Source of the DNA: a virus
Virus record (IMG/VR): IMGVR_UViG_3300045988_019695
Coordinates: 39,492-103,491 of that record
DNA: 64,000 bases
Direction: 5' to 3' (one strand)
The position numbers and the translations under genes were made by a program. This document shows, in pieces, positions 39,814-50,040 of this stretch. Each line of letters opens with the position of its first letter. Within the stretch, counting starts at the first letter, position 1. The notes under the pieces are model-generated. The model was given only the letters and a program-made list of their open reading frames with translations, made no database searches and had not been told where the DNA came from.

Positions 39814-41916
39814 ACATAAGAACCCTGTGTACTATAATTAGGTAAGTACATATAGTAGATCCCATTAGTCTACGTACGAACATTGACTGGATCCGAGAAT
39901 ATGTTAACCCTGTCTTGCAGGGCGAGATCACTCAAAAGGTAGGATGAAATGTATCAAACATTGAAACAGTTTGATATAGGTAGGAGAAGCGTTGTATCAA
40001 CTCCTAGAGATTACGCAGCTGGACTTGTGAGAACCGTCTGGAGACAAGCTGGATGAGGCTGTGTAATCTAAAAACGCATAAGTCCCAAGAAGGGCATAAT
40101 GAACCGTATCGGAATTGTATGTGATAATACTAAACATACACGAACGTTACACGAGATGAACTATATTGGTCCCCAGTAGGTGAACAGAATTGCATACATG
40201 GTATGGTGCATGATGCTGGAAGAACCGAGGATATCCCAAACAATATAGAAGTATTATTAGCCGTAGGTAGTGTTTCTAGTGTCCAAAGCTAGTATAAAGG
40301 CCGAAAAACTACATCAATACTGTGGGAGTAATACCACACAGAGTAAACTAAATGAGTTTGCTGACTATACCAAAACCTTACTGTTCGATTCAGTACAACT
40401 CCGTTGAAGGGGTGCCAGGGATGGGGTAGAAGTGTCTGATTGTGACCGCTAGGCTTTTCTTGTTTATGCGGTATATAAAAGTAAAACAAGCGCAAGGGTT
40501 GGGCAGCCCCTTAATCGAAGCTCTACGGGAGTATCGTACGCGGGTGAAGATCGCGGTGAAAATCTATTCCAGTTGTATTATTAGGATGTTAGGCAATCCG
40601 AACTTACAGCCAATTTCCATGAAAATTAAATCGTTCATGAGATTATGATCGATGACTTCGTTACAGTCAAAGAAAATTGATGGAGCGCTATCCTAGAATA
40701 GTAAATAGCAAAGCAAGGTAGAAAGTTGATTCGATATATGTCCATCCAGGACCGTTTGACCTCCACTTTCATCCAAAACAATCTAGACTAATAGTTTATT
40801 TGTACTATAATATACAATATTATATAGTCTCTACAGAGTAGTAAGCTGGTATATTATGTATGCGTATGTTGTATGCAAGAGATATAAACTATGAAAATTT
40901 AGAAAGTTTAAAATTAACATGTCTAACAAAAATTGATGTCCCTTTATAGAGTGTATCTTACGTTGTAAGTAAGGACTTGAGGTAAAGAAATCGAGTGCCA
41001 ACCGATATGCCAACCATGCTAAAGTATACTGCGCAACAGTATATGTAAACATAAAGGTTCAAAGCAATACAGGAAATTGATGGGCAGCTTATATCTATGT
41101 TGTAAAACGACTGTGTATATTATATGTGTATACTGTCTCTATACATGTATATTACGTTATAAGTGGGTGACAAGATGAAATGTATGGGTTGAATTCCCAA
41201 TATTCGTGCACTATAAATAGGAGGTAGTAATACCGGTACAGAAAAATTGCAAACATCAGCAAAGATGAAAAAGCCGTAAAGTCTGTGATGGGTTTGATCC
41301 TGAGACATTCCGATAACCAACCGCTGGGTACATGCCATAAGCCGAGTACCGCAGTAAGGAGACCTAGCTGACAGTCGCTTCTAAGTTAGCAGTAGAGACA
41401 ATCTGCTTTAATAACAATCATGTAGTAAGATCTTGTAAGTATAGTAAGGGAAATACGACCGAGATTCTACATATTTTCGTGGGTTATAAGAATTCTAAGA
41501 TTCTATGAGTGTTAGTTGCTCTGCAAAATTTCACCAACGAAGATTAGAATAGTTAAGTTAGAAAAAACGTGAACAAAATAGCAGAAAATAGTTCAGCATT
41601 TGATTATGCAAAGAAAGCATTCAAAGCTTTAGACGACGGGCCTGGATAATCCAGTAAATGTTAATTGTATCTCATGTATACAATTCCTGTCACAAGCCTA
41701 TTACCCTATTGTTGTAATAGGAAGAGTGTGACTAAGTCTGTAACAAAGCGTCTACAATAGTAGAACTTTCTTTAGGAAACTAAGTAAGCAAAATAGTAAC
41801 CGAGTATCTTCGTATCAGCGTTGCTTTATTCAATAAACAACGGCAACGGTGTAGCCAAAATACACCATATTTAAAAATCATATCGTTAGTTAATCAATAA
41901 CGATATCAAAAAGGAT
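39814..41916 (+). ncRNA. ORF-free structured island 3 (2.1 kb; candidate large non-coding RNA(s); strand and ends uncertain)
   Basis: Only four short overlapping 68-73-aa track ORFs with implausible sequence. Numerous local and long-range helices, e.g. 39908-22, 39952-76, 40117-39, 40406-16 with 40502-12, and 40459-65 with 40484-90. Confidence 0.45.
41802..41818 (+). promoter_or_regulatory. fifth copy of the AGTATCTTCGTATCA motif, about 100 nt upstream of gene 41917
   Basis: gagtatcttcgtatcag matches the 35.0-35.3 kb copies in 16 of 17 positions. Confidence 0.5.
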
Positions 41917-42510
41917 ATGATTATGTCAGAAATTAATGTAAACATCGTGGAAACAACTATTAAGTCAAATCGTACCCCACTGAGCATGCTCGGTGCTAAA
42001 ATGTTTGGTCAGGACGTATTTACTCCTCAGACCCGTATGTTCAACCCAGATCATGACAAGGTTTTGGAGCAGGCTAAGCAGAGCTCTAATGTAAATCTTG
42101 TTCTCAATCGTTCGCCTCGCCGTTTTGCGATCGGTTATATCACGATTGAGTCTATGGCAACCAAGCAGAATGCAATCGGTGATGTCGTTTGTCGTCTCAA
42201 TGAGGGCACCGAACATCAGATTGATATCCCTCTCGGTGAGAATAGCGCCAAGTTTGGTGAGACTACCGAGGAGGCAGTTCAGAACGCTCTTAAGGACAAG
42301 AACTCTAAGGCCGTGTTCTCAGATCCTAAGGATTTGAGTGGTATTCTTAACGACCTTAACCGTGGCGAGATTGCTCGTCTCGATGCAATCATTGAGCAGG
42401 CTCAGAAGGCTAAGGCTCAGTGTCTGTCTGCTATTGCAGCAAATGAGAAGGTTGTCTCTGACTATGAGCGTCAGAAGGCAGATTCAAAACCAGCTGATAA
42501 GATCGCATAA
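41917..42510 (+). CDS. highly expressed protein of unknown function
   Basis: 197-aa ORF (alternative ATG at 41923), strong codon bias. Confidence 0.6.
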   Translation: MIMSEINVNIVETTIKSNRTPLSMLGAKMFGQDVFTPQTRMFNPDHDKVLEQAKQSSNVNLVLNRSPRRFAIGYITIESMATKQNAIGDVVCRLNEGTEHQIDIPLGENSAKFGETTEEAVQNALKDKNSKAVFSDPKDLSGILNDLNRGEIARLDAIIEQAQKAKAQCLSAIAANEKVVSDYERQKADSKPADKIA

Positions 42511-42515
42511 AATTC

Positions 42516-43100
42516 ATGGAGGCTGTTTTAACTGAGAAGAGTGTTAAGCTTATTGCAGTAATGCTCTCCGAACCGAAAATTAAGGCAGCCGTTTATGAAA
42601 AGTTGGACCATACAGAGAAGTACAAGATCTATACCATTAACGATGATGGTAGTATTACTCTAGGTTCAACTAAATTCCATTTCTGGAACAAGATAATCGG
42701 CTGCGAGCAAACCTTACCATTTGAGAGTTTTGCTCTTAAGGTATGGGATGCACTAGTGAGTCTTTCCACAGGGCTTAACCAAAAAGCTATTATGGAAGGG
42801 TTATCACAAGAAATTGTGATGAAGGGAGTTAAAGATAAAAACTTTAACTGGGTCGTAGAACGACTGTATGATGTTGCGACAAAAGTATGTCAGAATTCTA
42901 GCATTGCTGATGGCGTAGGAGCGGACCCTGCGGGGTCCCGGGTGTCAGGGCCAAGGCTTAACGCTCAGCAAGAGTATCCTGAGAAAATTGTTATCAATAT
43001 CAACGGACGTAAAGAAGTTTTGCAGGTTAAAGACTGCATTGGTAAACCAATGATTGAGTTGGAGTATGGAATTGTAAACGCTAAACGTGTAATGCCATAA
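42516..43100 (+). CDS. hypothetical protein (194 aa)
   Basis: Intact ORF. Contains the GC hairpin ggaccc-tgc-ggggtccc around 42930-42950. Confidence 0.55.
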   Translation: MEAVLTEKSVKLIAVMLSEPKIKAAVYEKLDHTEKYKIYTINDDGSITLGSTKFHFWNKIIGCEQTLPFESFALKVWDALVSLSTGLNQKAIMEGLSQEIVMKGVKDKNFNWVVERLYDVATKVCQNSSIADGVGADPAGSRVSGPRLNAQQEYPEKIVININGRKEVLQVKDCIGKPMIELEYGIVNAKRVMP

Positions 43101-43220
43101 ACAGAAACATTCCTGCGGGAGTGGTGTACAAACTGTGCGCAGAAGAGTACACATTCATGTATGACATTACCGTTATTGTGTTGCAAAGAAGTACAATAAC
43201 AATATTATTAGTTTATATTA

Positions 43221-43295
43221 AAGGGTATCCTTAAAAGTTCTCTGCGGAGAATAGGTAATCCGCCCTGCGGGGTAGGATTACCAATGGATACCCTT
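43221..43295 (+). terminator. compound nested hairpin followed by a T-rich tract
   Basis: Outer aagggtatcc/ggataccctt (43221-30 / 43286-95), inner ggtaatcc/ggattacc (43254-61 / 43275-82), then ttttatcctttatt. Confidence 0.5.
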
Positions 43296-43378
43296 TTATC
43301 CTTTATTACAGTAATATGTAGTATAGGAGCTAGGTAAATGGCTGATTCAAGTAAATTGTTTAATTTTAATCAAACTAT

Positions 43379-43927
43379 ATGAATAAGAAATCAATTAAAT
43401 TGAACTCAGCAAATATTATTACAATTCGTAAGAATATTGATATTACTATCAATAAGTATTGGCGAATTATTCGAGCAGAGAACCTGATGTCTAAGAAAGC
43501 AATTGCAGCAAAGCAGGGTTCTGGCTTAGATCTCAAGAGCTTGTATAATCAGATTGTACAACTTAGTGAGAAGCGTATTATGATTAAGGGTATTTTGGTA
43601 GCTCTTAATACAGGTACTACTACATTCTCTTACGAGGATTTTAAGAAGACAAACAACTATAGTATTTTCGCAGCATGTGAAGCGAAGGAGGCTATAGCTC
43701 AGCTCAAGATGATCAAGACACTTGATCCATCAACTAAGGCAAAGAAGGGATTGAAGGCTATGCCTAAGCGTGAGGTATTCTCATCAGCTAAGATTGCACA
43801 GCTTATTCACGAGCAGCAGCTACTAGCAAATAAGTTTGACGCTAATCTCGAGAAGTTTAATAATGAGACTTCTATTGAGATTAAGGATACTATTGCAGAT
43901 AAATTCGAGATGGATCTCGCAGTTTAA
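43379..43927 (+). CDS. hypothetical protein (182 aa)
   Basis: Intact ORF. Confidence 0.55.
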   Translation: MNKKSIKLNSANIITIRKNIDITINKYWRIIRAENLMSKKAIAAKQGSGLDLKSLYNQIVQLSEKRIMIKGILVALNTGTTTFSYEDFKKTNNYSIFAACEAKEAIAQLKMIKTLDPSTKAKKGLKAMPKREVFSSAKIAQLIHEQQLLANKFDANLEKFNNETSIEIKDTIADKFEMDLAV

Positions 43928-44052
43928 ATGCTATAGGTTCGAGACAAATACAAGGGTCGCCGAAAGGAGTAAGATCGAGGCTTACACGAACCACAAATAA
44001 GGAATCCCTTGCCTTAAAAATAACATTATTAACACATTAAATTATCAAGATT

Positions 44053-45039
44053 ATGTCAAAGAAGAATAAGAAGAACCTCAAGAAGGTTCAGGCTAAGATA
44101 GGAAATACACCAGTTAAGGCTGAGGCAGCTAAGAAGGAAGAGTCTAATGCTGCTAATAAGACAATAGAGAACATTAAGAAACGTCGTGCTGCTGATGCAG
44201 AGAAGGCTAAGAAGAACGCCGAACTCAAGGCAGCTAAGAAGAAGGCTAAGGCCGAGAAGGAGGAGGCTAAATATGCTGCCTCTAAGGCTCGCGCAGAGGC
44301 CCGTCAGGCGCGTAAAAAGAGCATCATGGATAAGTTAATCGACTCTAAGAAGATAAAGGCTTCAGGGCCTGTTAAAATCACTTTGGAGGAGCGTTTGAAG
44401 AAGCAGGAAGAGCGTCGTAATGTCGCTATGGCTCGTCATATCGCATCAATTACCCGTCGATGCAAGCGAATGCATCTCAATGATGCCGACACCAAGAAAG
44501 TGGTAGACATCGCGAAGAAACAGTGGGACAACGCTACTGTATATAATATAACAGTTGTATGCGACTCCGTTCTGAAGAAGAAGGGAGAGCTTGAGAAGCT
44601 GGTTAAAGACTGCGGAATTAAGTCCGCGTGTATCACCAATTCTACAGCATTCTTTAAGGATGTACCAGCAAACGTGGTAGAGAAGCTGCGTGACCTTGTG
44701 GGTAACGCTACATTCTATCAGTATCGTTCTGATAGCAAGTCTCCATTTGAGGAGGCTGGTATAGACGTATCTGCAAGTAACCACAACAAGCATAAGAAGG
44801 GAGGAGATCCTCATACTATCGAGTGCTCTAAGAATGCTAGTGTTAACTTCTACAATCTCCGCAGAGCTAAGAAAAAGGCTAAGGAGACGCTTGAGAAAAA
44901 TACGTATACATTCCGTCATGGTAGTAAGGCGGAAGGACGCAAGCTTCGTCGTGGGCTCAAAGTTAAGGCTAAGGCTGTAAATAAAAAGCCTACTCAGGTC
45001 AAGGAAGTTAAACAAAAGTCAGTTAAACAGGCAGCTTAA
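44053..45039 (+). CDS. Lys/Ala-rich basic protein (possible DNA-binding)
   Basis: 328-aa ORF; the N-terminal 100 aa are about 40 percent K/A/E/R; Lys-rich C-terminus. Confidence 0.55.
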   Translation: MSKKNKKNLKKVQAKIGNTPVKAEAAKKEESNAANKTIENIKKRRAADAEKAKKNAELKAAKKKAKAEKEEAKYAASKARAEARQARKKSIMDKLIDSKKIKASGPVKITLEERLKKQEERRNVAMARHIASITRRCKRMHLNDADTKKVVDIAKKQWDNATVYNITVVCDSVLKKKGELEKLVKDCGIKSACITNSTAFFKDVPANVVEKLRDLVGNATFYQYRSDSKSPFEEAGIDVSASNHNKHKKGGDPHTIECSKNASVNFYNLRRAKKKAKETLEKNTYTFRHGSKAEGRKLRRGLKVKAKAVNKKPTQVKEVKQKSVKQAA

Positions 45040-45056
45040 TTATAGGAGATAACGTT

Positions 45057-45719
45057 ATGAATACCCAGAATAATCAATATTTGGATGATTGTGTTGAAGC
45101 TTATCGTGATATTAAGGAGAAGTGGCTTAAGGACTTTAACAAATCTCACGGAACTACTTCTAAGTTCTGTAAAGAACATGGTATCCATGGTCTTCGTCGA
45201 AAGAGACCTTGGTTCATACTGCTTAAGCGTGATTCAGTTAAAATTGAATCTCGCAGAAAGGTTACGAAGTTTAACCGTATAGAGCTCATGGAAGGATATG
45301 TTCAACACAAGCTGCAGAAATGGGAGCGAAAGCACCCATGCCCAGTCAAGAAAGACGACTTGTTCTATGCGCAGCAGTTCCCAATTTGGGAATCTGAAAA
45401 GAATGCCGCAGAAGAACATATTAGAGACTTAGTTGTCGCTAAATATGACAAATTACAACTTGTAGGACGATTCCAGCATTCGGACGACAAGTTTACTGAG
45501 CAGGAAGTTGCTCAGATAAAAGACAATGGCGAAACTGTTAAACACGGAGGAGTAAACAATCTTCCTGAGAACAGTAAAGTAATCAAGATGGCTCGTAAGG
45601 AGACAAATAAGGTAAAAGCAAAGCGAAGTAACCTTGTTTGTACAAACCTTAAAGACCATCGCAAGAAGACAGGACGTATCCTGCTACCAAACGCAAATAA
45701 GATGCGAATGGCAGCATAA
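45057..45719 (+). CDS. hypothetical protein (220 aa)
   Basis: Intact ORF. Confidence 0.55.
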   Translation: MNTQNNQYLDDCVEAYRDIKEKWLKDFNKSHGTTSKFCKEHGIHGLRRKRPWFILLKRDSVKIESRRKVTKFNRIELMEGYVQHKLQKWERKHPCPVKKDDLFYAQQFPIWESEKNAAEEHIRDLVVAKYDKLQLVGRFQHSDDKFTEQEVAQIKDNGETVKHGGVNNLPENSKVIKMARKETNKVKAKRSNLVCTNLKDHRKKTGRILLPNANKMRMAA

Positions 45720-45765
45720 GCGTTAGTTTTCTAAAATCGACCAGGACACCACTGGTTACCCTAGT

Positions 45766-47724
45766 GTGCTCCGAAAGGATATGACTGCGAGGTGCAAACC
45801 CTCACTAGGGACTATGATAGTAAAGGAAAGACCAGTAGTTCTATATGACATAGAAGTTTTTCCAAACTGTTTTCATTGTACTTGTAAAGATTCAGAGAGT
45901 CATAAACTATATAAATTCGAGATATCCTGTCGTAAAAATCAACTAGAAGAACTAGTTGACTTCTTCTATATACACAGAACTGATCACATAATGTGCGGTT
46001 ACAACAATAAACATTATGACGATATAGTCATAAGCTACATTATACATTTCTATAATAGAATGAAGCGACTAGGATACTCGAGAATTTGTGGTTCTCTGTA
46101 CTATCTTAGTAAAGAAATAATAAGTTCGGAAAAAACAGACAATATTGATAAGATTAAAGAGTATAAGTATGCGAATTACTTTTATTCTTTTGATCTTATG
46201 TTGATGCTCTATAGCGCTAAACAGCAGAAAAGCTTAAAAGAAATAGAAATACTCTTACATATGCCAAATGTGCAAGAGTATGAAGGAAGCTTTGATTTGC
46301 ATATCCAGGAATGTGATATTGACGCTATGATAGAGTATAATGTGAATGACGTAGAAGCTACTGAAACTTTGCTTAACAAAGTAAAAGAAGATGTAGAGCT
46401 ACGTCTTGAAGTTGAAAAAGAATGGGGGTTTGATGCACTGTCAATGAGTGGTGTACGATTTGGAGAGGAAATGCTATTGCGAACAATTTTAGACATTACC
46501 AACACAACAAAAGACGAGCTAAAAACTCGAACTCGAAAAGTCGGAGACATTCATTTAGGTGATATCATACTCCCATTCATACAATATTCTAATCCAAAGT
46601 TGAAAGAAGTCTTATTGGATGTAAAGAATGCTACTTGCAATGCAAGTAAGTCTGATAAGAAACAAGAAAACTATGAGAAGAAGTTTGTTCTCTCAAACAT
46701 TTGCTACTCTATAGGCGAAGGTGGTATACACACCATCAACGAACCTAGAGTCTACAAACCTACAGATGAACAGTTTATAGGACACTCCGACGTTACGTCT
46801 ATGTATCCTTCGCTAGCTATTATAAACCATTGGCTTCCGGTTCACTTAGGAGAAGATTTTTGGAATGTGTATAGCACTCTATACAAGGAGCGCTTAACTG
46901 CCAAACGTAATGGAGAGTTATTGAAGTCTAAGGCATTTAAACAGGCTCTCAATGCTCTTACAGGAAAGATGCAACAAGAAAGTAGCTGGGCATATGATCC
47001 ACTTAACGTATACAAGATACGTATAAATGGGCAACTTATACTACTTATGTTAGTGGATAGGCTTCTGGAATTGAATTGTAAGATTGTACAAGTCAATACA
47101 GATGGTGTCGTCTACATTGCTGACAAATCCGCCCGCTTCGCAATAGCCGATGCAATTAAGGAGGTCGAGCAATTAACCCAGTTGACATTCGAGTCCGATG
47201 ATTACGAGTCGTTTTATCAGTACGACGTGAACAATTACTTTGGTGTTCGCAAAGGATACTCTCAATCTGGAGATCCGAGACTGATAGAAAAGAAAGGCAG
47301 GTTTATCACAGAAATTGGTCTTAACAACAGCATGACACCAGTTGTTATCTCTAAAGCTGTGATAAACTATTTTTTGAACAACGAACCGATAGACAAGTTT
47401 ATTAAGAAGGATAAAGATATCCGTGATTTCTTAATGTCACAAAGCGTAAATAAGGAATCAAAAGTTGAATATGGAGGCAAACAGATTCAACGTATTAATA
47501 GATACTACGCATCGAATAGTGGCTACTATCTTATACGTATTAAGGATAAAATGTATGAAAAGCGCTCTGAAACAAGAATAACAGAGTACGGTGTACGAAT
47601 TCTTAACAAGATAGATGCCACACCAATAGAAAACCGTCACCTGGATTACCAGTACTACATTAGCAAAGCAAAAAAGATAGCTAGTGAGTTTGTTAACCGC
47701 CAGTTGACAATCTTCGATGATTAA
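45766..47724 (+). CDS. family B DNA polymerase (start probably ATG 45814)
   Basis: Exo I DIEVFPN, Exo II YNNKHYDD, Exo III YNVNDVEAT, motif A SDVTSMYPS, motif B KQALNALTGK, motif C VNTDGV. The track start is GTG. A hairpin ccctagtg/cactaggg precedes ATG 45814. Confidence 0.85.
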   Translation: MLRKDMTARCKPSLGTMIVKERPVVLYDIEVFPNCFHCTCKDSESHKLYKFEISCRKNQLEELVDFFYIHRTDHIMCGYNNKHYDDIVISYIIHFYNRMKRLGYSRICGSLYYLSKEIISSEKTDNIDKIKEYKYANYFYSFDLMLMLYSAKQQKSLKEIEILLHMPNVQEYEGSFDLHIQECDIDAMIEYNVNDVEATETLLNKVKEDVELRLEVEKEWGFDALSMSGVRFGEEMLLRTILDITNTTKDELKTRTRKVGDIHLGDIILPFIQYSNPKLKEVLLDVKNATCNASKSDKKQENYEKKFVLSNICYSIGEGGIHTINEPRVYKPTDEQFIGHSDVTSMYPSLAIINHWLPVHLGEDFWNVYSTLYKERLTAKRNGELLKSKAFKQALNALTGKMQQESSWAYDPLNVYKIRINGQLILLMLVDRLLELNCKIVQVNTDGVVYIADKSARFAIADAIKEVEQLTQLTFESDDYESFYQYDVNNYFGVRKGYSQSGDPRLIEKKGRFITEIGLNNSMTPVVISKAVINYFLNNEPIDKFIKKDKDIRDFLMSQSVNKESKVEYGGKQIQRINRYYASNSGYYLIRIKDKMYEKRSETRITEYGVRILNKIDATPIENRHLDYQYYISKAKKIASEFVNRQLTIFDD

Positions 47725-47745
47725 TCGTTTATCAACGTATATAAG

Positions 47746-48312
47746 ATGATTATTGAACTAAACACAAAACTCCTGGATATCCCAGGATTAAATTCAAATC
47801 AATTAATATTCCTAAGTTTGGTATTGGATAAGAATCAAAAAACTTATAATCAAGACGTCCGCAAAATTGTCAGCCTAGTTAGCGACGAAGAAATATCAAA
47901 CTTAATTTCTCAGGGACTTATTACCTCGATCGAGAGAGGTAAGTCAATTACATATCATGCAACAGATGCGCTTAAGGATGTAGTCCGCCCTAAACAGGAC
48001 TATTTCGATCTGTTCTATGAAATGTACCCAATATACGTTCTACGACCAGATGGTACTAAAAACTATCTAAGAGCCAACGTTAACAAATGTAGACATTTAT
48101 TTAATGTCTATGCAGGCCAAAGCGAGGCTATGGCTCAACATCTTATTCAGTGTCTTGACTTCGAAATGAAGAAAAAGACTAACGAAGGTAAACTAAGTTA
48201 TATGAAGACGATGTGGAGATGGCTCGTAGATCATCAATGGGAAGAATCTGAGGAAGAAATGCAAGACAACTCTAAAATTGAGGAATCGACTTATGGAACA
48301 GAACTTATCTAA
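47746..48312 (+). CDS. hypothetical replication-module protein (helicase loader/organiser candidate by position)
   Basis: 188-aa ORF directly upstream of, and overlapping, the helicase gene. Confidence 0.4.
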   Translation: MIIELNTKLLDIPGLNSNQLIFLSLVLDKNQKTYNQDVRKIVSLVSDEEISNLISQGLITSIERGKSITYHATDALKDVVRPKQDYFDLFYEMYPIYVLRPDGTKNYLRANVNKCRHLFNVYAGQSEAMAQHLIQCLDFEMKKKTNEGKLSYMKTMWRWLVDHQWEESEEEMQDNSKIEESTYGTELI

Positions 48313-49219
48313 TCTTATACGACCAATGTCAGTTGTAGCACAAGAGGCTATAAACTATATATCTGGTCGAAGAGAGCACTCTATAACTTCTCTTAAGACT
48401 AGATGGGCTAAGTTTAATAAGCAGTGTATGGGAGGTATTGAACCTAATACCGTTTACACCATAGCTGGTATTTCAGGAAGTGGAAAGAGCTCGTTTGCAA
48501 ACGAGATCTCAACCGATATTGTTGATTTGAATCCTGGTGAAGAAATAGTAATTCTGATTTTCTCGTTAGAGATGGTTGGATTTAGGCAAGTTGGAAGAAC
48601 GCTTTCTAGTAAGCTTAGGAAAACGACTTCGACTTTGTATAGTTCGGAAACGGACCTGGATGACGATACCTTCAGAAAAGTCATCTCAGTATCTAATCAA
48701 CTAAAGGAGTATCCTATATGGTTTGTAGATAATCCTACAACTCCCAAGGAAGCAGAAGATATTATTAGGTATTTCTATAATACATATGTAAAAGGTACTA
48801 ATAAACACTTTATAATAATATACGACCATGCTCTATTGACGAAGCCTATAGGCAGCGTTATAGAAACCATGCAGGAACTCGAAAGAGTTTTCATAAGTGC
48901 TAAAAAGTATCCTATGACATCAGTGTTACAACTAGCACAGATGAATAGAAATATCGAATCACCAGAAAGAATAAACAATTTTTTGTCGCATTATCCTATG
49001 AGAAGCGACATTTCATCTGCTGATGCTTTATTTCAAGCTAGCGATTATGTTATAGTTATTCATAGGCCTGAAATTCTTGGAATACAAGAATACGGTCCAA
49101 GCCATTTACCTACTCAGAACAAGGTGTATCTACACATCTTGAAGAATCGAGACGCAGGAAAGCCCTGCATACTTGAATTCAAGAATGACTTAGCATATAA
49201 CAACTTGATAGAAAGTTAA
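48293..49219 (+). CDS. DnaB-family replicative helicase (RecA-like domain)
   Basis: Walker A GISGSGKSS, Walker B IIIYDHALL, LQLAQMNRNIE, SDISSADALFQASDYVIVIHRPE. The ATG at 48293 lies inside track ORF 48278-49219. Confidence 0.75.
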   Translation: MEQNLSNLIRPMSVVAQEAINYISGRREHSITSLKTRWAKFNKQCMGGIEPNTVYTIAGISGSGKSSFANEISTDIVDLNPGEEIVILIFSLEMVGFRQVGRTLSSKLRKTTSTLYSSETDLDDDTFRKVISVSNQLKEYPIWFVDNPTTPKEAEDIIRYFYNTYVKGTNKHFIIIYDHALLTKPIGSVIETMQELERVFISAKKYPMTSVLQLAQMNRNIESPERINNFLSHYPMRSDISSADALFQASDYVIVIHRPEILGIQEYGPSHLPTQNKVYLHILKNRDAGKPCILEFKNDLAYNNLIES

Positions 49220-49241
49220 GCAATTAAATTTAGGCTGAATT

Positions 49242-49697
49242 ATGACAACATACGATATTAAGTTTACTGATAACAACATTAAGAACACTAACAATGGTAA
49301 CATTTATTCTCAGATTCTCGATGATATTATTCTTTCTACTGTAAAGAAAAACAACTCTTATTTGTTTAACACAAAGAAGAAGGACGATGATCTGATTGAT
49401 GCCATGTTCAATGAGTTGGATCATACTTATATCTACAAGCCTCTGAAGGGCGACACTTTGTTCGCAAAGGCTTGTGATATTCTTGCTAACTATGGCAAGA
49501 AGAAGAATACTATGAAGGGTATTAAGCTCGGTAAGATTTACCGTCTTGAGAATGGTCTTCCTATCATTTTCTACAATGATGAGATCCAGATTGGTACCGA
49601 TATTTATAGCTATTCTGATTTTGGTGATTACAACTTTATCTCTTCACTTAGTCCAGAGATTAAGAAGACAATCATTAATATTAACATTAAGCTTTAA
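49242..49697 (+). CDS. hypothetical protein, codon-biased (151 aa)
   Basis: Intact ORF. Confidence 0.55.
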   Translation: MTTYDIKFTDNNIKNTNNGNIYSQILDDIILSTVKKNNSYLFNTKKKDDDLIDAMFNELDHTYIYKPLKGDTLFAKACDILANYGKKKNTMKGIKLGKIYRLENGLPIIFYNDEIQIGTDIYSYSDFGDYNFISSLSPEIKKTIININIKL

Positions 49698-49722
49698 TTA
49701 AAACTTTTAGTATCATTGTATC

Positions 49723-50040
49723 ATGAGTTTAACATTACCTACTAGTAAAATTCCTGCAGTTTCTGAAAACCCTAGATATCTTATACTCTATGGTCTTCCA
49801 AAGGCTGGTAAGACATCTTGCCTTGCACAGCTGGATAATAACCTTATCATAGACCTTGAGGGAGGCTCTGTCTTCGTTGATGCGATGGCCATCCAGTGTC
49901 GTACGATCAATGATTTAGGAGAAGCAGCAAGTGCCATTCGTGCCAAGAATAAAGAAGTAGGTCATAATTTCTATAAGCATATCACTATCGATAATGCTAC
50001 ACGACTCGAAGATATTTGTATGAGCTATGCTTGTACACTC
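49723..50040 (+). CDS. Sak4-like (AAA_24) recombination ATPase, exon 1 (3' boundary approximate)
   Basis: YLILYGLPKAGKTSCLAQL (Walker A) and NLIIDLEGG. Homology-like sequence ends near ...EDICMSYACTL, after which the track ORF reads junk to a stop at 50169. Confidence 0.6.

Noticed and set aside
39814-41916. Hidden protein-coding gene in the 2.1-kb island under TAG=sense
   Set aside because: TAA and TGA are frequent in all frames that I sampled, and no extended frame opens when TAG is ignored. Only a 27-codon GTG-initiated ORF (about 41568-41651) appears, and it is too short to trust.
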